Part shown: positions 1-9,689 of the stretch, piece after piece | Layout: every line of letters starts with the position of its first letter | Numbering within the stretch: position 1 is the first letter of the stretch | NCBI GenBank assembly: GCA_018662325.1 | Contig: JABJGM010000007.1 | Span: 69,305 to 133,304 of the forward strand | Direction of reading: 5' to 3' | From: a bacterium | GTDB lineage: Bacteria > Patescibacteriota > Gracilibacteria > UBA1369 > GCA-2718715 | DNA length: 64,000 nt | Position numbers and translations under genes: made by a program | The notes under the pieces: model-generated | What the model was told of the DNA's origin: nothing | The model's database searches: none | Seen by the model: the letters and a program-made list of their open reading frames with translations, nothing else

Positions 1-76
1 ACTTAATTTCTAAATCAATGCCTTTTAAAATATCTTTCTCTCCAGCACTTACTTTCAAGCCTTTAACTTTTAACAT
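1..76 (-). CDS. N-terminus of an ABC ATPase, probably SufC-like (truncated by window edge)
   Basis: Manual translation from ATG at 76 gives MLKVKGLKVSAGEKDILKGIDLEIK, a typical ABC ATPase/SufC N-terminus. Confidence 0.6.
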   Translation of the reverse strand, partial: MLKVKGLKVSAGEKDILKGIDLEIK

Positions 77-157
77 TTTATTTATTATATCAAGCTGAAT
101 TCTATGCAAAAACACAACAAAAATCAAGTTTTGAAAGCACTTAAAAATTTCAGACAA

Positions 158-185
158 TTGACCCAAAACAAAGCTGATGTATAAT
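158..185 (+). promoter_or_regulatory. sigma70-type promoter for the leader/ATP-grasp operon
   Basis: TTGACC (158-163), 16-nt spacer, TATAAT (180-185); the expected +1 falls at about 192, the A of the leader ATG. Confidence 0.7.
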
Positions 186-191
186 CATCAT

Positions 192-251
192 ATGAAAGAC
201 AAAAAAATTATTATTATTTCAATTATTAATTTTAGCACCCCGAAAGTGTAA
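192..251 (+). CDS. Ile-rich attenuator leader peptide MKDKKIIIISIINFSTPKV, probably leaderless
   Basis: ATG192 to TAA251; six ATT codons within 207-227; overlaps the antiterminator strand. Confidence 0.7.
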   Translation: MKDKKIIIISIINFSTPKV

Positions 252-306
252 TGTCTTTTATAAACTGATTATAAACCTAAACACTTTCAAAAGAAGTGTT
301 TTTTTT
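242..306 (+). terminator. Attenuator: antiterminator strand plus intrinsic terminator
   Basis: AAACACTT(279-286)/AAGTGTTT(294-301) stem with T-run to 306; GAAAGTGT(242-249) is the exact complement of ACACTTTC(281-288). Confidence 0.75.
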
Positions 307-320
307 AAAACCAAATTAAA

Positions 321-1658
321 ATGAAATTCACAAACACACAATTTCAAACAGGATATCAAAGATTTACTCCAGAAAGCTTTTTAGAGTACGGAAAGCCACT
401 TTATATTCAAGATGTAGCCGAAGAGACTATGGAAGGAACAAACGAAAATTCAACAATTACTGGACTCGAAAAATATGGATACCGACTTTTACCCCTTGTA
501 GCAAACAAGCCTGGTCTTTGGATTCACAATAAAAATGATAATGAGTACATAAATCAATACCTCGATTATTTAGCAACAGTAAGCGGAGAACAAAATCAAA
601 TTCAAACACTTGGTATTGAACTAGCTAATCAAAGCTTAACTCAGGCTACACTAAACAACCTTGAGCAAATTGACCAATACAATTGCGAATCAATAATTCC
701 ATTTATAATGTCTGAATCTAGTGAATTAATTGCAGACACACTAAACCTTGCATGCTTTGAAAGAAACTCAAACAGTGAAAAACTAAACAACAAAGGAATT
801 TTCCTAGAAATGTGTAGTCTTAAAGGGGTAAAAACACCCTACGGATCAACATACAGAAACCCCGAGCAAGCTTGGGAGCTATATACGGAGCTTGAAAACA
901 AAGGAGCTATTGCTTTTTATTCCAAATTATCAAGAAGTGCATCTGGACAAGGAATTAGACAATTTCATTATTCAGATCCGAACACAAAAGAAAATTTTAA
1001 AAGTTATTTAACCAATCAAGATACTATTTCAAACATGGAGCAGTATGGTATTAGGATGGATGAAGCCATTAAGTTTGATCAATCGCCAGCAATTGTTTTC
1101 TGGATGTGTCCAAGAACAGGAATTCAAGTTGTAAACTCTAACTATCAAATCCTATCAAAAAAAATGGAAAGCGATTTAAACCCAACTGTTCACAAGGGTG
1201 CAATGGGAAGCCTAACTGATAATGAACTTCAAGAGCTTAACCTAACGATTCAAAGAACAGAAGAAATCCTAAAAGAAAATCACTGTTATGGTCCTGGAAG
1301 CATAGATTTTATATCAAGAAAAAACCCCTTAACAAGATCCAATGAACACTTTGTAGTAGAAATGAATAAAAGAATTACAGGAGGGTATCATAATTACTTA
1401 GCTAAAAAATTTGGATTTGAGCATTTTAGATCAGATTGCAACATGCCATGTTCTTCTAAGATTGCATTTAGTACGTTAATTACAAAGTTAAACGAGAATG
1501 ATTTACTTTGGACTCAAAGTAAAAACTCTGGTACATTTGTGATAAACTACCAAACTGCTCCAATTCACGAAAAAATAGCAATTATATCCCTAGGAAAAAG
1601 CAAAAAGGAAGCTCAAAATGTATATTCACAAACTCAAGAACTAATCTCTAATTTATGA
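321..1658 (+). CDS. ATP-grasp ligase, possibly related to peptide/amino-acid ligases, with an N-terminal pre-ATP-grasp region
   Basis: LNNKGIF..GVKTP, KLSRSASGQG loop, GPGSIDF..VVEMNKR (E-x-N-x-R) ATP-grasp motifs. Confidence 0.8.
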   Translation: MKFTNTQFQTGYQRFTPESFLEYGKPLYIQDVAEETMEGTNENSTITGLEKYGYRLLPLVANKPGLWIHNKNDNEYINQYLDYLATVSGEQNQIQTLGIELANQSLTQATLNNLEQIDQYNCESIIPFIMSESSELIADTLNLACFERNSNSEKLNNKGIFLEMCSLKGVKTPYGSTYRNPEQAWELYTELENKGAIAFYSKLSRSASGQGIRQFHYSDPNTKENFKSYLTNQDTISNMEQYGIRMDEAIKFDQSPAIVFWMCPRTGIQVVNSNYQILSKKMESDLNPTVHKGAMGSLTDNELQELNLTIQRTEEILKENHCYGPGSIDFISRKNPLTRSNEHFVVEMNKRITGGYHNYLAKKFGFEHFRSDCNMPCSSKIAFSTLITKLNENDLLWTQSKNSGTFVINYQTAPIHEKIAIISLGKSKKEAQNVYSQTQELISNL

Positions 1659-2764
1659 AAAGATTAAAAACTCAAGAATTACTAGTTGAATTAATAAAAA
1701 TTCCAAGTGAATCGGCCAATCCAAAACAAGTAAAAAGAGCTATCAACTTTATAATTGACTACCTAAAAGAGAATATTCAAGATCACTCGAGTTTAGAATT
1801 TCTAGAGTTTGACTGTAAAGAATGCCATAACTTAGTCGTAAGGCCAAAAGGAATATCAAAATCCAAACTAACACTTTATAGCCACATAGATGTAGTAAAA
1901 GCAGATAACATAGAGCAATACACACCAATTATTAAAGATGATAAAATTTATGGAAGAGGATCAGGTGACATGAAATCCGGAACAGCAATTGAAATTCAAA
2001 CTTTCATTGACCAATTAAATATCAACCCAAATTCATCACTAGCACTAATGATTGTAGGGGATGAAGAAATAGGGGGAATGAACGGCATTAGATACTTATT
2101 AGCTGAAAAAGAATATCGTACAGATTGTGTTTACATGCCAGATTCAGGATCTGGACTGGATACAATCATTACAGAACAAAAAGGAATTTTATTTATAAAA
2201 GTTACTGCAAAGGGAGTTGCATCTCATGGATCAAGACCCCATGAAGGAAAAAATGCAATACTTAAAGCTTTCGAAGTTATCAACAAGTTATACACATTTT
2301 TTGAAGAAAGTGATCCTACTAAATACAGATCTACAATTAATATCTCACAAATAATTTCTGGAAAATCATTTAATTCAGTTCCAGATAGTTGTGAATTCAC
2401 AATTGATATTAGATTTACTGAGATTTCAAAAGTAAATCAAATTCTCAAGTTCCTAGAAAGCTCTAATGATTTAAAATTTGAAACTCTACTTTTTGATAAA
2501 AACTTTCATATAGAAAAAGAAAACACCTATCTTCAACAGTATCAAAAAATTGCTAAAAGCACTTTAGAGTCAGATGTTAAATTTAAATTTGAACACGGTG
2601 GATCAGACGGGAGATTTTTTCAAAACTACCAAATACCTTGTGTTATAACAGGAATAAAAAAAGGTAATACCCACGGAGAAAACGAATGGGTAGACACAGA
2701 AGAATTAGCTTTAGCAGAAAGCATTCTTAAAGATTTTATAACTCAAACTCTTGAAAAGTCCTAA
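1655..2764 (+). CDS. M20 family metallopeptidase/amidohydrolase (ArgE/DapE-like)
   Basis: SHIDVV, YGRGSGDMKSG, GDEEIGG, GGSDGRFF, HGENEW; ATGA overlap with the upstream gene. Confidence 0.92.
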   Translation: MKRLKTQELLVELIKIPSESANPKQVKRAINFIIDYLKENIQDHSSLEFLEFDCKECHNLVVRPKGISKSKLTLYSHIDVVKADNIEQYTPIIKDDKIYGRGSGDMKSGTAIEIQTFIDQLNINPNSSLALMIVGDEEIGGMNGIRYLLAEKEYRTDCVYMPDSGSGLDTIITEQKGILFIKVTAKGVASHGSRPHEGKNAILKAFEVINKLYTFFEESDPTKYRSTINISQIISGKSFNSVPDSCEFTIDIRFTEISKVNQILKFLESSNDLKFETLLFDKNFHIEKENTYLQQYQKIAKSTLESDVKFKFEHGGSDGRFFQNYQIPCVITGIKKGNTHGENEWVDTEELALAESILKDFITQTLEKS

Positions 2765-2776
2765 ACGGACTTTTTT
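2753..2776 (+). terminator. Intrinsic terminator closing the ATP-grasp/M20 operon
   Basis: AAAAGTCC-TAAAC-GGACTTTT followed by more T residues, spanning the stop codon. Confidence 0.7.
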
Positions 2777-2873
2777 AAATTAGAATGAAAAAAACATAAA
2801 ATGAATATCCAAAATTCAAATTTTGAATTTCAAAGCTATGCAAAATAATTTAATATATTAAAAACAAACCTTT

Positions 2874-3701
2874 ATGAAATTATTTACATACGGACCAAAA
2901 TATTCACTAAGCTATATTCAAGCCAAAAAACTTTTCCCAGATGTAGAAATTACACCTGAAAACAATATTCAAAATTTACTAAAAAAAATTGTACGTAACA
3001 AAAACAGTTTAGCTATAATTAACATTGGTAATAATATAAACGGATTAAACACTCAATTTATTGAGAAGATAAACCAAAACAATCTAAAGATCTGGGATAT
3101 ATACCAAACAAAACCAGATTTAAATCTTTATGCTCACTCAAATTTAATTAAGGATATTTACATTCCTCAAGATTATAGTTCAGTAGTTCAAGAAAGTTTA
3201 AACCAAAAATACTCTCAAATAAATCATGAAATCACACACGATTTAAAATCCGCCGTAGAGGCTTGTATGTATCAACCCAATGCTGCACTCGTGTGCAACC
3301 CAAAACTAGCCTCATTCCTTAAATTAAAAGCTGTAGATAAATATATTTTAGATCAAGGTAATCCTATTGTAGACTTTGCAATAATTAGTCAAAATCAAAA
3401 CGCTCAAGTTCACACTCGCACTCACATAAAACTAACTCCGAAAAAAAATTTAGATAATGGATTGATAAATTTACTTTATCCCTTTAAAGAACATCAAGTT
3501 GCAATTTCGCAGATTCATACAATTCCTAATAAAGAAATTGCAAACCAAAACCACTTCCTACTTGAAATAAAAGGTGATCCACGTCAAGCAAAGCTTCGAC
3601 AAACAATCACAATGCTCGAAAGAGATCTAAAAATATGTAATGTTCAGATTCTAGGAGGTCAAACTGACACACTAAAAAACAATTTAGAAGCTAAAGACTA
3701 A
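2874..3701 (+). CDS. Degenerate prephenate dehydratase-like protein with C-terminal ACT domain
   Basis: YGPKYSLS resembles LGPxGTFS; NIGNNING resembles PIENSxEG; GLINLLYPFKEHQVAISQIHTIP resembles the ACT domain; TRF and ESRP motifs are lost. Confidence 0.7.
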   Translation: MKLFTYGPKYSLSYIQAKKLFPDVEITPENNIQNLLKKIVRNKNSLAIINIGNNINGLNTQFIEKINQNNLKIWDIYQTKPDLNLYAHSNLIKDIYIPQDYSSVVQESLNQKYSQINHEITHDLKSAVEACMYQPNAALVCNPKLASFLKLKAVDKYILDQGNPIVDFAIISQNQNAQVHTRTHIKLTPKKNLDNGLINLLYPFKEHQVAISQIHTIPNKEIANQNHFLLEIKGDPRQAKLRQTITMLERDLKICNVQILGGQTDTLKNNLEAKD

Positions 3702-4227
3702 GTAGTTCAAAATTACTACCAGCAGACTCAAATGCCTCCAAAAAATCTAAGTGGGTATAAATAGAGCCCCCTTTAAAAGTCATTCCCCCTTTTGTAGTTT
3801 CTACATAGTCTTTATGGATCTTTAAAACTTCAGTTAAAACTTGATCCTTTTCATCGTATAAAAAACTGCCTAGACTAGAGTTATCCAACAAGACCAAGAC
3901 CTTGTTTTCTTTCATTAAAGATTTCAAATCTTCAATTGAATTTATTTCTACCTTAACAACTTCAGTAACTTCTTTTTTATCATCCACAGATAGATCACTA
4001 GCTTCAAGTTCTATTTTAGAATCCATTTGGTACAAAGAAGCAGTTAAATCTGAGGCCAGAGTATGTTCAACCTGAACTTTTTTTTCAACTTTTGGTATCT
4101 CAATATTTTTGAAATTTTTATTGCCTAAAGAAATACCTAAAAACTCGCTTAAAACACCAAAAACCATTGCAATCATAAAAACACCAGCAGTCATAACACT
4201 AAAAACTCTAACCAAAAATTCTAACAT
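3691..4227 (-). CDS. Hypothetical membrane-anchored protein
   Basis: ORF with N-terminal TM segment; ATG at 4227 preferred over the upstream TTG. Confidence 0.65.
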   Translation of the reverse strand: MLEFLVRVFSVMTAGVFMIAMVFGVLSEFLGISLGNKNFKNIEIPKVEKKVQVEHTLASDLTASLYQMDSKIELEASDLSVDDKKEVTEVVKVEINSIEDLKSLMKENKVLVLLDNSSLGSFLYDEKDQVLTEVLKIHKDYVETTKGGMTFKGGSIYTHLDFLEAFESAGSNFELLSL

Positions 4228-5746
4228 AAATCTTTTTAAAATCAATTCCAGTATACTGAATCATATTCAAATAATGCAAACCAACAAAATAAACAAAAGC
4301 ACCTATCAAAGAGCCTATAAACAACTTTAAAAGAGGATTCATTTCAATTGAATTAATAGGGTAAACAGCCAAAACCATTATAAAACAAGCAAAAATCAAC
4401 CTGAAAATCTTTTTTACAATTGAAACAAAAGGTATTTGAACATACTTTTTTAAAAAGCTTAACAAAAGTATATTTTGTATAATAACTCCAAGTGAAAAAA
4501 AGAATCCAAAAGCATAAACTCCGAAGCTTTCTGCAAAATAATATACTCCAAAAGTTGATGTAAACAAGAAAAACTGACTAAAAATAACCGGTAAAATAGT
4601 ATTAGAAAAGGCATAATAAATACGAGAATATAAGTGATTCAATCCTTCAAAAGGAATTGCAATCAATAAAAAAATCAAAATCAAAATAGTATTTTCAGCA
4701 GCCACAGAACCAAATGAACCGTATTCAAATAAACCAGAAATCATTGGCCTTAAAAGTACATACATCCCACTAGTTGCAGCTAAACAAAAAGTTAAAATTC
4801 GTAAAATAGAATCTTCAATTTCGACTTTTAATTGAGATTGTTTTTTTTCGTGTACTAAATCCAAAATAAATGGATAAACAGCAGTAGCAAAAGAAATTGC
4901 AAATAAACTTACTGCAAAACTTTGAATATTACGGGCTAAATTAAAAGCTGTATTTATCCCCTCTTGATAAGAAAGAGCCATCTTTGCAAAGAAAAGCAAT
5001 GTTAACTGCATGCTTAAAAGACCAAAAATTTTAGGCAAAGATAATTTAATAATTTCAAAAAGTCTTTCATGATAAAAGCTAAAAACTAATTTTATTTTAG
5101 AATGCTTAAAATCCCAAAATCTAAATAAAAAATGAAAACAAAGACCAAGTACAACTCCTAAAATAGCAGCTTTAATTCCCATTACAGGGCCCAAAAACAA
5201 AGTCATGCCTATAATACCAAGATTATAAAAAAAAGGGCTTAAAGCGTAACTTAAATAATGCTTAGAATTCATCAAGATCGATCCAAAAAAATTAGATATA
5301 CTAAAAATCAAAGGGGAAAACAATAATATTCTACTAAACTCAATAATGTTACTTTGAAGCGAAGAAGATGATTCATTAAATACAAAAGAAACAATAAAAG
5401 GCATAAACAAGTAAGACAGAGCACAAATCAAAATCACAAAAGAAAGCATCCAGAATAAAAAAGATCCACATAATCTTTCAGAAGATTCTTTATTTAAAGA
5501 TTTTTCTTTCGAATAAACTTTTAGAAAAATCCCAGATAAAAATCCGCCAGCTGAAAATGCAAATATTACATCCGGTATTAAAAAAGCTGCAAAATAAGCA
5601 TCAGTAGATCCAGTAGCACCAAAAGTGTAAGCAATAATCAAATCACGAAAAAAGCCTGCTAGATAACTCAAAAAAGTTGCAACAACTAAAAGAATTGTTG
5701 CATAGTTTTTTGAAGTAGGGGAAAAAAATCTAGTAATTATTTTCAC
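4208..5746 (-). CDS. murJ: Lipid II flippase MurJ/MviN
   Basis: GFFRDLIIAYTFGATGSTDAYFAAFLIPD signature; multi-TM, 512 aa. Confidence 0.92.
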   Translation of the reverse strand: MKIITRFFSPTSKNYATILLVVATFLSYLAGFFRDLIIAYTFGATGSTDAYFAAFLIPDVIFAFSAGGFLSGIFLKVYSKEKSLNKESSERLCGSFLFWMLSFVILICALSYLFMPFIVSFVFNESSSSLQSNIIEFSRILLFSPLIFSISNFFGSILMNSKHYLSYALSPFFYNLGIIGMTLFLGPVMGIKAAILGVVLGLCFHFLFRFWDFKHSKIKLVFSFYHERLFEIIKLSLPKIFGLLSMQLTLLFFAKMALSYQEGINTAFNLARNIQSFAVSLFAISFATAVYPFILDLVHEKKQSQLKVEIEDSILRILTFCLAATSGMYVLLRPMISGLFEYGSFGSVAAENTILILIFLLIAIPFEGLNHLYSRIYYAFSNTILPVIFSQFFLFTSTFGVYYFAESFGVYAFGFFFSLGVIIQNILLLSFLKKYVQIPFVSIVKKIFRLIFACFIMVLAVYPINSIEMNPLLKLFIGSLIGAFVYFVGLHYLNMIQYTGIDFKKIYVRIFG

Positions 5747-8211
5747 TATTTTTGTTTATCTTTTATTAGAGCTTCACATTCTTTTAAAGTTACTTTATCA
5801 ACTTCTTTGTCCTTGGGAAACTTCACATTAACCTTACCATCAGTGATATACATTCCATACCTTCCTTTTTTAACTTGAACTTTAGATCCTTCAAAATCTT
5901 TAATTAATCCTTTGGCTCCAGTAGCTGATTTCAAAGCTTCATCAGCTTCATCTATACTAAAACTAAAAATATCAAATTTTGCAATTGAAGCATTTTTACC
6001 TCCAGATTTTATATACGGACCAAACCTACCAAGATCTAAGACTACTTCTTCATTAGTAGTTTTTGAAACTCCAATTGATTTAGGTAAAGACAGTAAAAAT
6101 ACAGCTTTTTCTAAATCACAATCTTCCATAGCTAAATTATTTGGCAGTCCTTTCATTTTGGGTTTGTCAGCTTGATCTTTATCACCAAGTTGAACATATG
6201 GACCAAACCTACCATTCTTAATAAATATAGGCATTTTAGTTTCAGGATCAACTCCAATCGAGTCCATTTTATCACCTTTTTCTATAAGCTCTGAAGCTTT
6301 TTCATAACTCAACTCATCCGGTTTCAAATCAATTGCTAAATTAGCTTTTTGCTCACCTTTCATCAAATAAGCTCCATATCTACCAACCATAACTTTAATA
6401 TCTTCAAATTTAAAAACATCAATTTCAGCTACATCAAGTGCAGAAATATCTTTCTCCAACAATTTAAACAACCCTACATGTGACTTGTCTCCAAAGTAAA
6501 AAGAATTTAAATAACTTAACTTTTCAATTTCACCTCTTGAAATACTATCCAAATCATTCTCCATTCCAGCTGTAAACTCATAATCTAAAAACTCCGTGAA
6601 ATGATTATCCAATAATTTAACAACAGAAAACACAATAAAAGTTGGTACTAAAGCTCTTTTATCTTTAATTACATATCCTCTCTTTATAACCGTTTCAATA
6701 ATTGATGCATAAGTAGAAGGACGTCCAATTCCTTTTTCTTCTAAAGCTTTTACAATCGAAGCTTCATTATACCTAGCTTTTGGTTTTGTTTCATGTTCTT
6801 TAAAATTGTCTTTTAGAAACTTAACAGTATCATTTTCACTCAAAGGAGGTAAAATCTTACTTTCTTCAGATTTTTTATCCGAACTTTCCTGATAAAGCTT
6901 AGTAAAACCTGCAAAGGTTTCAACTCTTCCGCTTGCATTCAAACCCAAGCTTTCAGACTTTATTGAGACTGATGTTTGCATATATTCAGCATTTGCCATT
7001 TGACTAGCTAAGGTTCTATTGAAAATCAATTGATATAACTTTAACTGTTCCGATGTAAGTTTGGATTTCACACTATCTGGTGTTTTGAAAGCTTTTCCAG
7101 CAGGTCTAATAGCCTCATGAGCCTCCTGCGCATTCTTAACTTTTGAAGAGTAATTTCTAACAGATTTATACAAATATTCTGCTCCAAACTTTTGTTCTAC
7201 TAAATTTCTAGCACCAAAAATTGCTTCTTTTGAAAGAGTCACAGAATCGGTTCTCATATAAGTAATAAAACCATTTTCATAGAGCTTTTGTGCAACCATC
7301 ATGGTTTGTTTAGAAGAAAAACCAAACTTTCTATTGGCATCCATTTGCAGAGTAGAAGTTGTAAAAGGAGGTTTAGGAGATAATTTAACCGGTTTAGATT
7401 GAACTTTATCTATGATTAAAGTTTCATCTTTTAAAGCAGCTTGAATATCAGGTAAATTTTCACCATTTACAATCAATCTATCTTTTAATAATTTACCAGT
7501 TGATGGATCAAAATCCTTAGAAACAGCTAATTGTTTTCCTTTATAAGCTTTTAAATTAGCTTGAAACTTATCTTTATCTTTACTTTCTAAATCACAAACA
7601 ATCGACCCAAAAATTGCCTTTTTAAAATTAATTCTTTCTATTTCTCTCTCTACTATCAATTTACAAGTTACACTCTGTACACGTCCAGCAGAAAGCTTAG
7701 GAGCAACCTTTTTCCATAAAACAGGTGAAACTTCATAACCAAAAAGTCTGTCTAGAATTCTTCGAGACTCTTGAGCATTTACTAATTTATAATCAATGTC
7801 TCTTGGATTTTCTAATGACTCTAAAATTGCATCTTTAGTAATCTCATGAAAAGCAAGTCTTTTCACTGGAACTTTAGGTTTTAGAACATCTAATAAATGC
7901 CAAGAAATTGACTCACCTTCTCGATCCTCATCCGTTGCAAGATAGAGTTCTTTACAATCCTTAACTAATTTTTTTAACTTAGTAACATGCTTTTTCTTAT
8001 CACTTGGAACAACATAGATTGGCTCAAAATCCTTCTCAACGTTTATTCCTAATCGAGACCATTTTTGATCCTTATATTTTGCTGGAATTTCAGCTGCACT
8101 TTTTGGAAGATCACGAATATGACCAATGGAAGACTCAACTATAAAGTCTTTACCTAAAATTTTACTAATGGTTTTTGCCTTTGATGGCGATTCGACAATT
8201 ACTAATTTCAC
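5746..8211 (-). CDS. topA: DNA topoisomerase I
   Basis: LVIVESPSKAK, ATDEDREGE, SAGRVQ, ITYMRTDS, GIGRPSTY; C-terminal GRFGPY repeats. Confidence 0.98.
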   Translation of the reverse strand: MKLVIVESPSKAKTISKILGKDFIVESSIGHIRDLPKSAAEIPAKYKDQKWSRLGINVEKDFEPIYVVPSDKKKHVTKLKKLVKDCKELYLATDEDREGESISWHLLDVLKPKVPVKRLAFHEITKDAILESLENPRDIDYKLVNAQESRRILDRLFGYEVSPVLWKKVAPKLSAGRVQSVTCKLIVEREIERINFKKAIFGSIVCDLESKDKDKFQANLKAYKGKQLAVSKDFDPSTGKLLKDRLIVNGENLPDIQAALKDETLIIDKVQSKPVKLSPKPPFTTSTLQMDANRKFGFSSKQTMMVAQKLYENGFITYMRTDSVTLSKEAIFGARNLVEQKFGAEYLYKSVRNYSSKVKNAQEAHEAIRPAGKAFKTPDSVKSKLTSEQLKLYQLIFNRTLASQMANAEYMQTSVSIKSESLGLNASGRVETFAGFTKLYQESSDKKSEESKILPPLSENDTVKFLKDNFKEHETKPKARYNEASIVKALEEKGIGRPSTYASIIETVIKRGYVIKDKRALVPTFIVFSVVKLLDNHFTEFLDYEFTAGMENDLDSISRGEIEKLSYLNSFYFGDKSHVGLFKLLEKDISALDVAEIDVFKFEDIKVMVGRYGAYLMKGEQKANLAIDLKPDELSYEKASELIEKGDKMDSIGVDPETKMPIFIKNGRFGPYVQLGDKDQADKPKMKGLPNNLAMEDCDLEKAVFLLSLPKSIGVSKTTNEEVVLDLGRFGPYIKSGGKNASIAKFDIFSFSIDEADEALKSATGAKGLIKDFEGSKVQVKKGRYGMYITDGKVNVKFPKDKEVDKVTLKECEALIKDKQK

Positions 8212-8271
8212 AGATATTTATTATTAATTGCTTACGACTATATCAGACAAAAATCAAACTTTCAAAAATTT

Positions 8272-8892
8272 TTAACTATTTATTAATTTTTCTTGGTATT
8301 TATCATGGTATGACTCTATTAAAGTTAAAGCAGAATCAAAGTCAGGAACTGGAATTAAAATATCTAAATCTTCTTTGTTGGCAAAATTCAAATCTATTAT
8401 ATTTTTTGAAGCCCATTTATAAAAACTATTCCACTGCTCCCCAACAAGAACAATTGGAATTTTCTTTAAATGTCCAACCTGAATCAACTGCCAAGTATAA
8501 GCCATCTCTAATAAAGTTCCCACTCCTCCAGGAGTCACAATAATCATATCTGAAATTTCCATAAAAGCATCTAATCTTTTTGCAAAAGTCTTAAAATCTA
8601 CTTTTAAATCTAAATTACCACTATCTTCTTCTTCAAATGGAAGTTGAATTCTAATTCCTATAGATTTAGAAGTATTTTCTGGATTAGGAGTAGCTTCTTT
8701 ATGGCCTTTATTTGCAGCATCCATCAATCCAGGACCACCACCAGTAACAAGATCAGATCCAAGCTCTCCTACTTTGTATCCAATTTTATAAACTTCTTTA
8801 TATAGGATGTCTTCTGGTTTAATTCTTGCCGAGCCAAAAACTACAACACGGAATTGTTCAGAACTAAGGTTCATTTCTTTAAGTACACTCAT
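8272..8892 (-). CDS. LOG family protein (nucleotide phosphoribohydrolase)
   Basis: FGSAR, TGGGPGLM, PGGVGTLLE motifs. Confidence 0.9.
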   Translation of the reverse strand: MSVLKEMNLSSEQFRVVVFGSARIKPEDILYKEVYKIGYKVGELGSDLVTGGGPGLMDAANKGHKEATPNPENTSKSIGIRIQLPFEEEDSGNLDLKVDFKTFAKRLDAFMEISDMIIVTPGGVGTLLEMAYTWQLIQVGHLKKIPIVLVGEQWNSFYKWASKNIIDLNFANKEDLDILIPVPDFDSALTLIESYHDKYQEKLINS

Positions 8893-9583
8893 TAATATCT
8901 TTGTTAAATTTAAAAGAGGAAATTATAAGGCTAGAATACGCAACAATAGCCTCATCTACAAGGTTAACAAAAATTCCAGTTTCAATCACGCCAGATATCT
9001 TCATCAGTTTTTCATGCACTTGCTTTAAATTATCTGTTGTTATAACAACATCCACAACAGCATTATTAGAATCAGATATTTGATTTCTATCAAAAAATTC
9101 AAAACCAGGAGTAGCTAAAACTTCTTGTAATTTTTCAGGTTCAACTTCGATTGCAACCTTTTTACCAATAAAGGAATCACACAATTTAGAATCATCTACC
9201 ACGATAATCTGATAATCTGTTTTTCTAGAAACTAACTTCTCTAAATAAGCAGCGCCACCAGCTCCTTTTAAACAATCCCCTGTTTTTAAATTAATCCAAT
9301 CAGCACCATCAGCTGTAATATCAACCTTCTGTAAATTTTCAAGCGGCAAAACCGGTAAATTATATTTCTTAGCTTTTTTGTAGCTATCTTTAGATGTTAC
9401 AAAAACCTTTATATGGAAATCTGGATCTTTAGTAAATCTCACTCCCAAAGCTTCAATAAAAAACTTAACAGTAGAACCAGTTCCAAGTCCAACCACGCAA
9501 GACGAAGGTATCTTGGCATATGCTTGGTAAGCAGCCAACATCTTCAAATCATCTCTCTGTACGTTTTGTTGTTTTTCGAACAT
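8879..9583 (-). CDS. rpiA: Ribose-5-phosphate isomerase A
   Basis: GLGTGSTV, DGAD, KGAGGA..EK, GVIETGIF. Confidence 0.95.
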   Translation of the reverse strand: MFEKQQNVQRDDLKMLAAYQAYAKIPSSCVVGLGTGSTVKFFIEALGVRFTKDPDFHIKVFVTSKDSYKKAKKYNLPVLPLENLQKVDITADGADWINLKTGDCLKGAGGAAYLEKLVSRKTDYQIIVVDDSKLCDSFIGKKVAIEVEPEKLQEVLATPGFEFFDRNQISDSNNAVVDVVITTDNLKQVHEKLMKISGVIETGIFVNLVDEAIVAYSSLIISSFKFNKDINECT

Positions 9584-9689
9584 AAATATAGCTATTCTAT
9601 CAATTATAGCATACTTTAGTACTTATCAAAAACAAAGATAGCTTTAAATAGAGAAAAGAACCCAATCTTTTGAATTTAATATTGACAAA

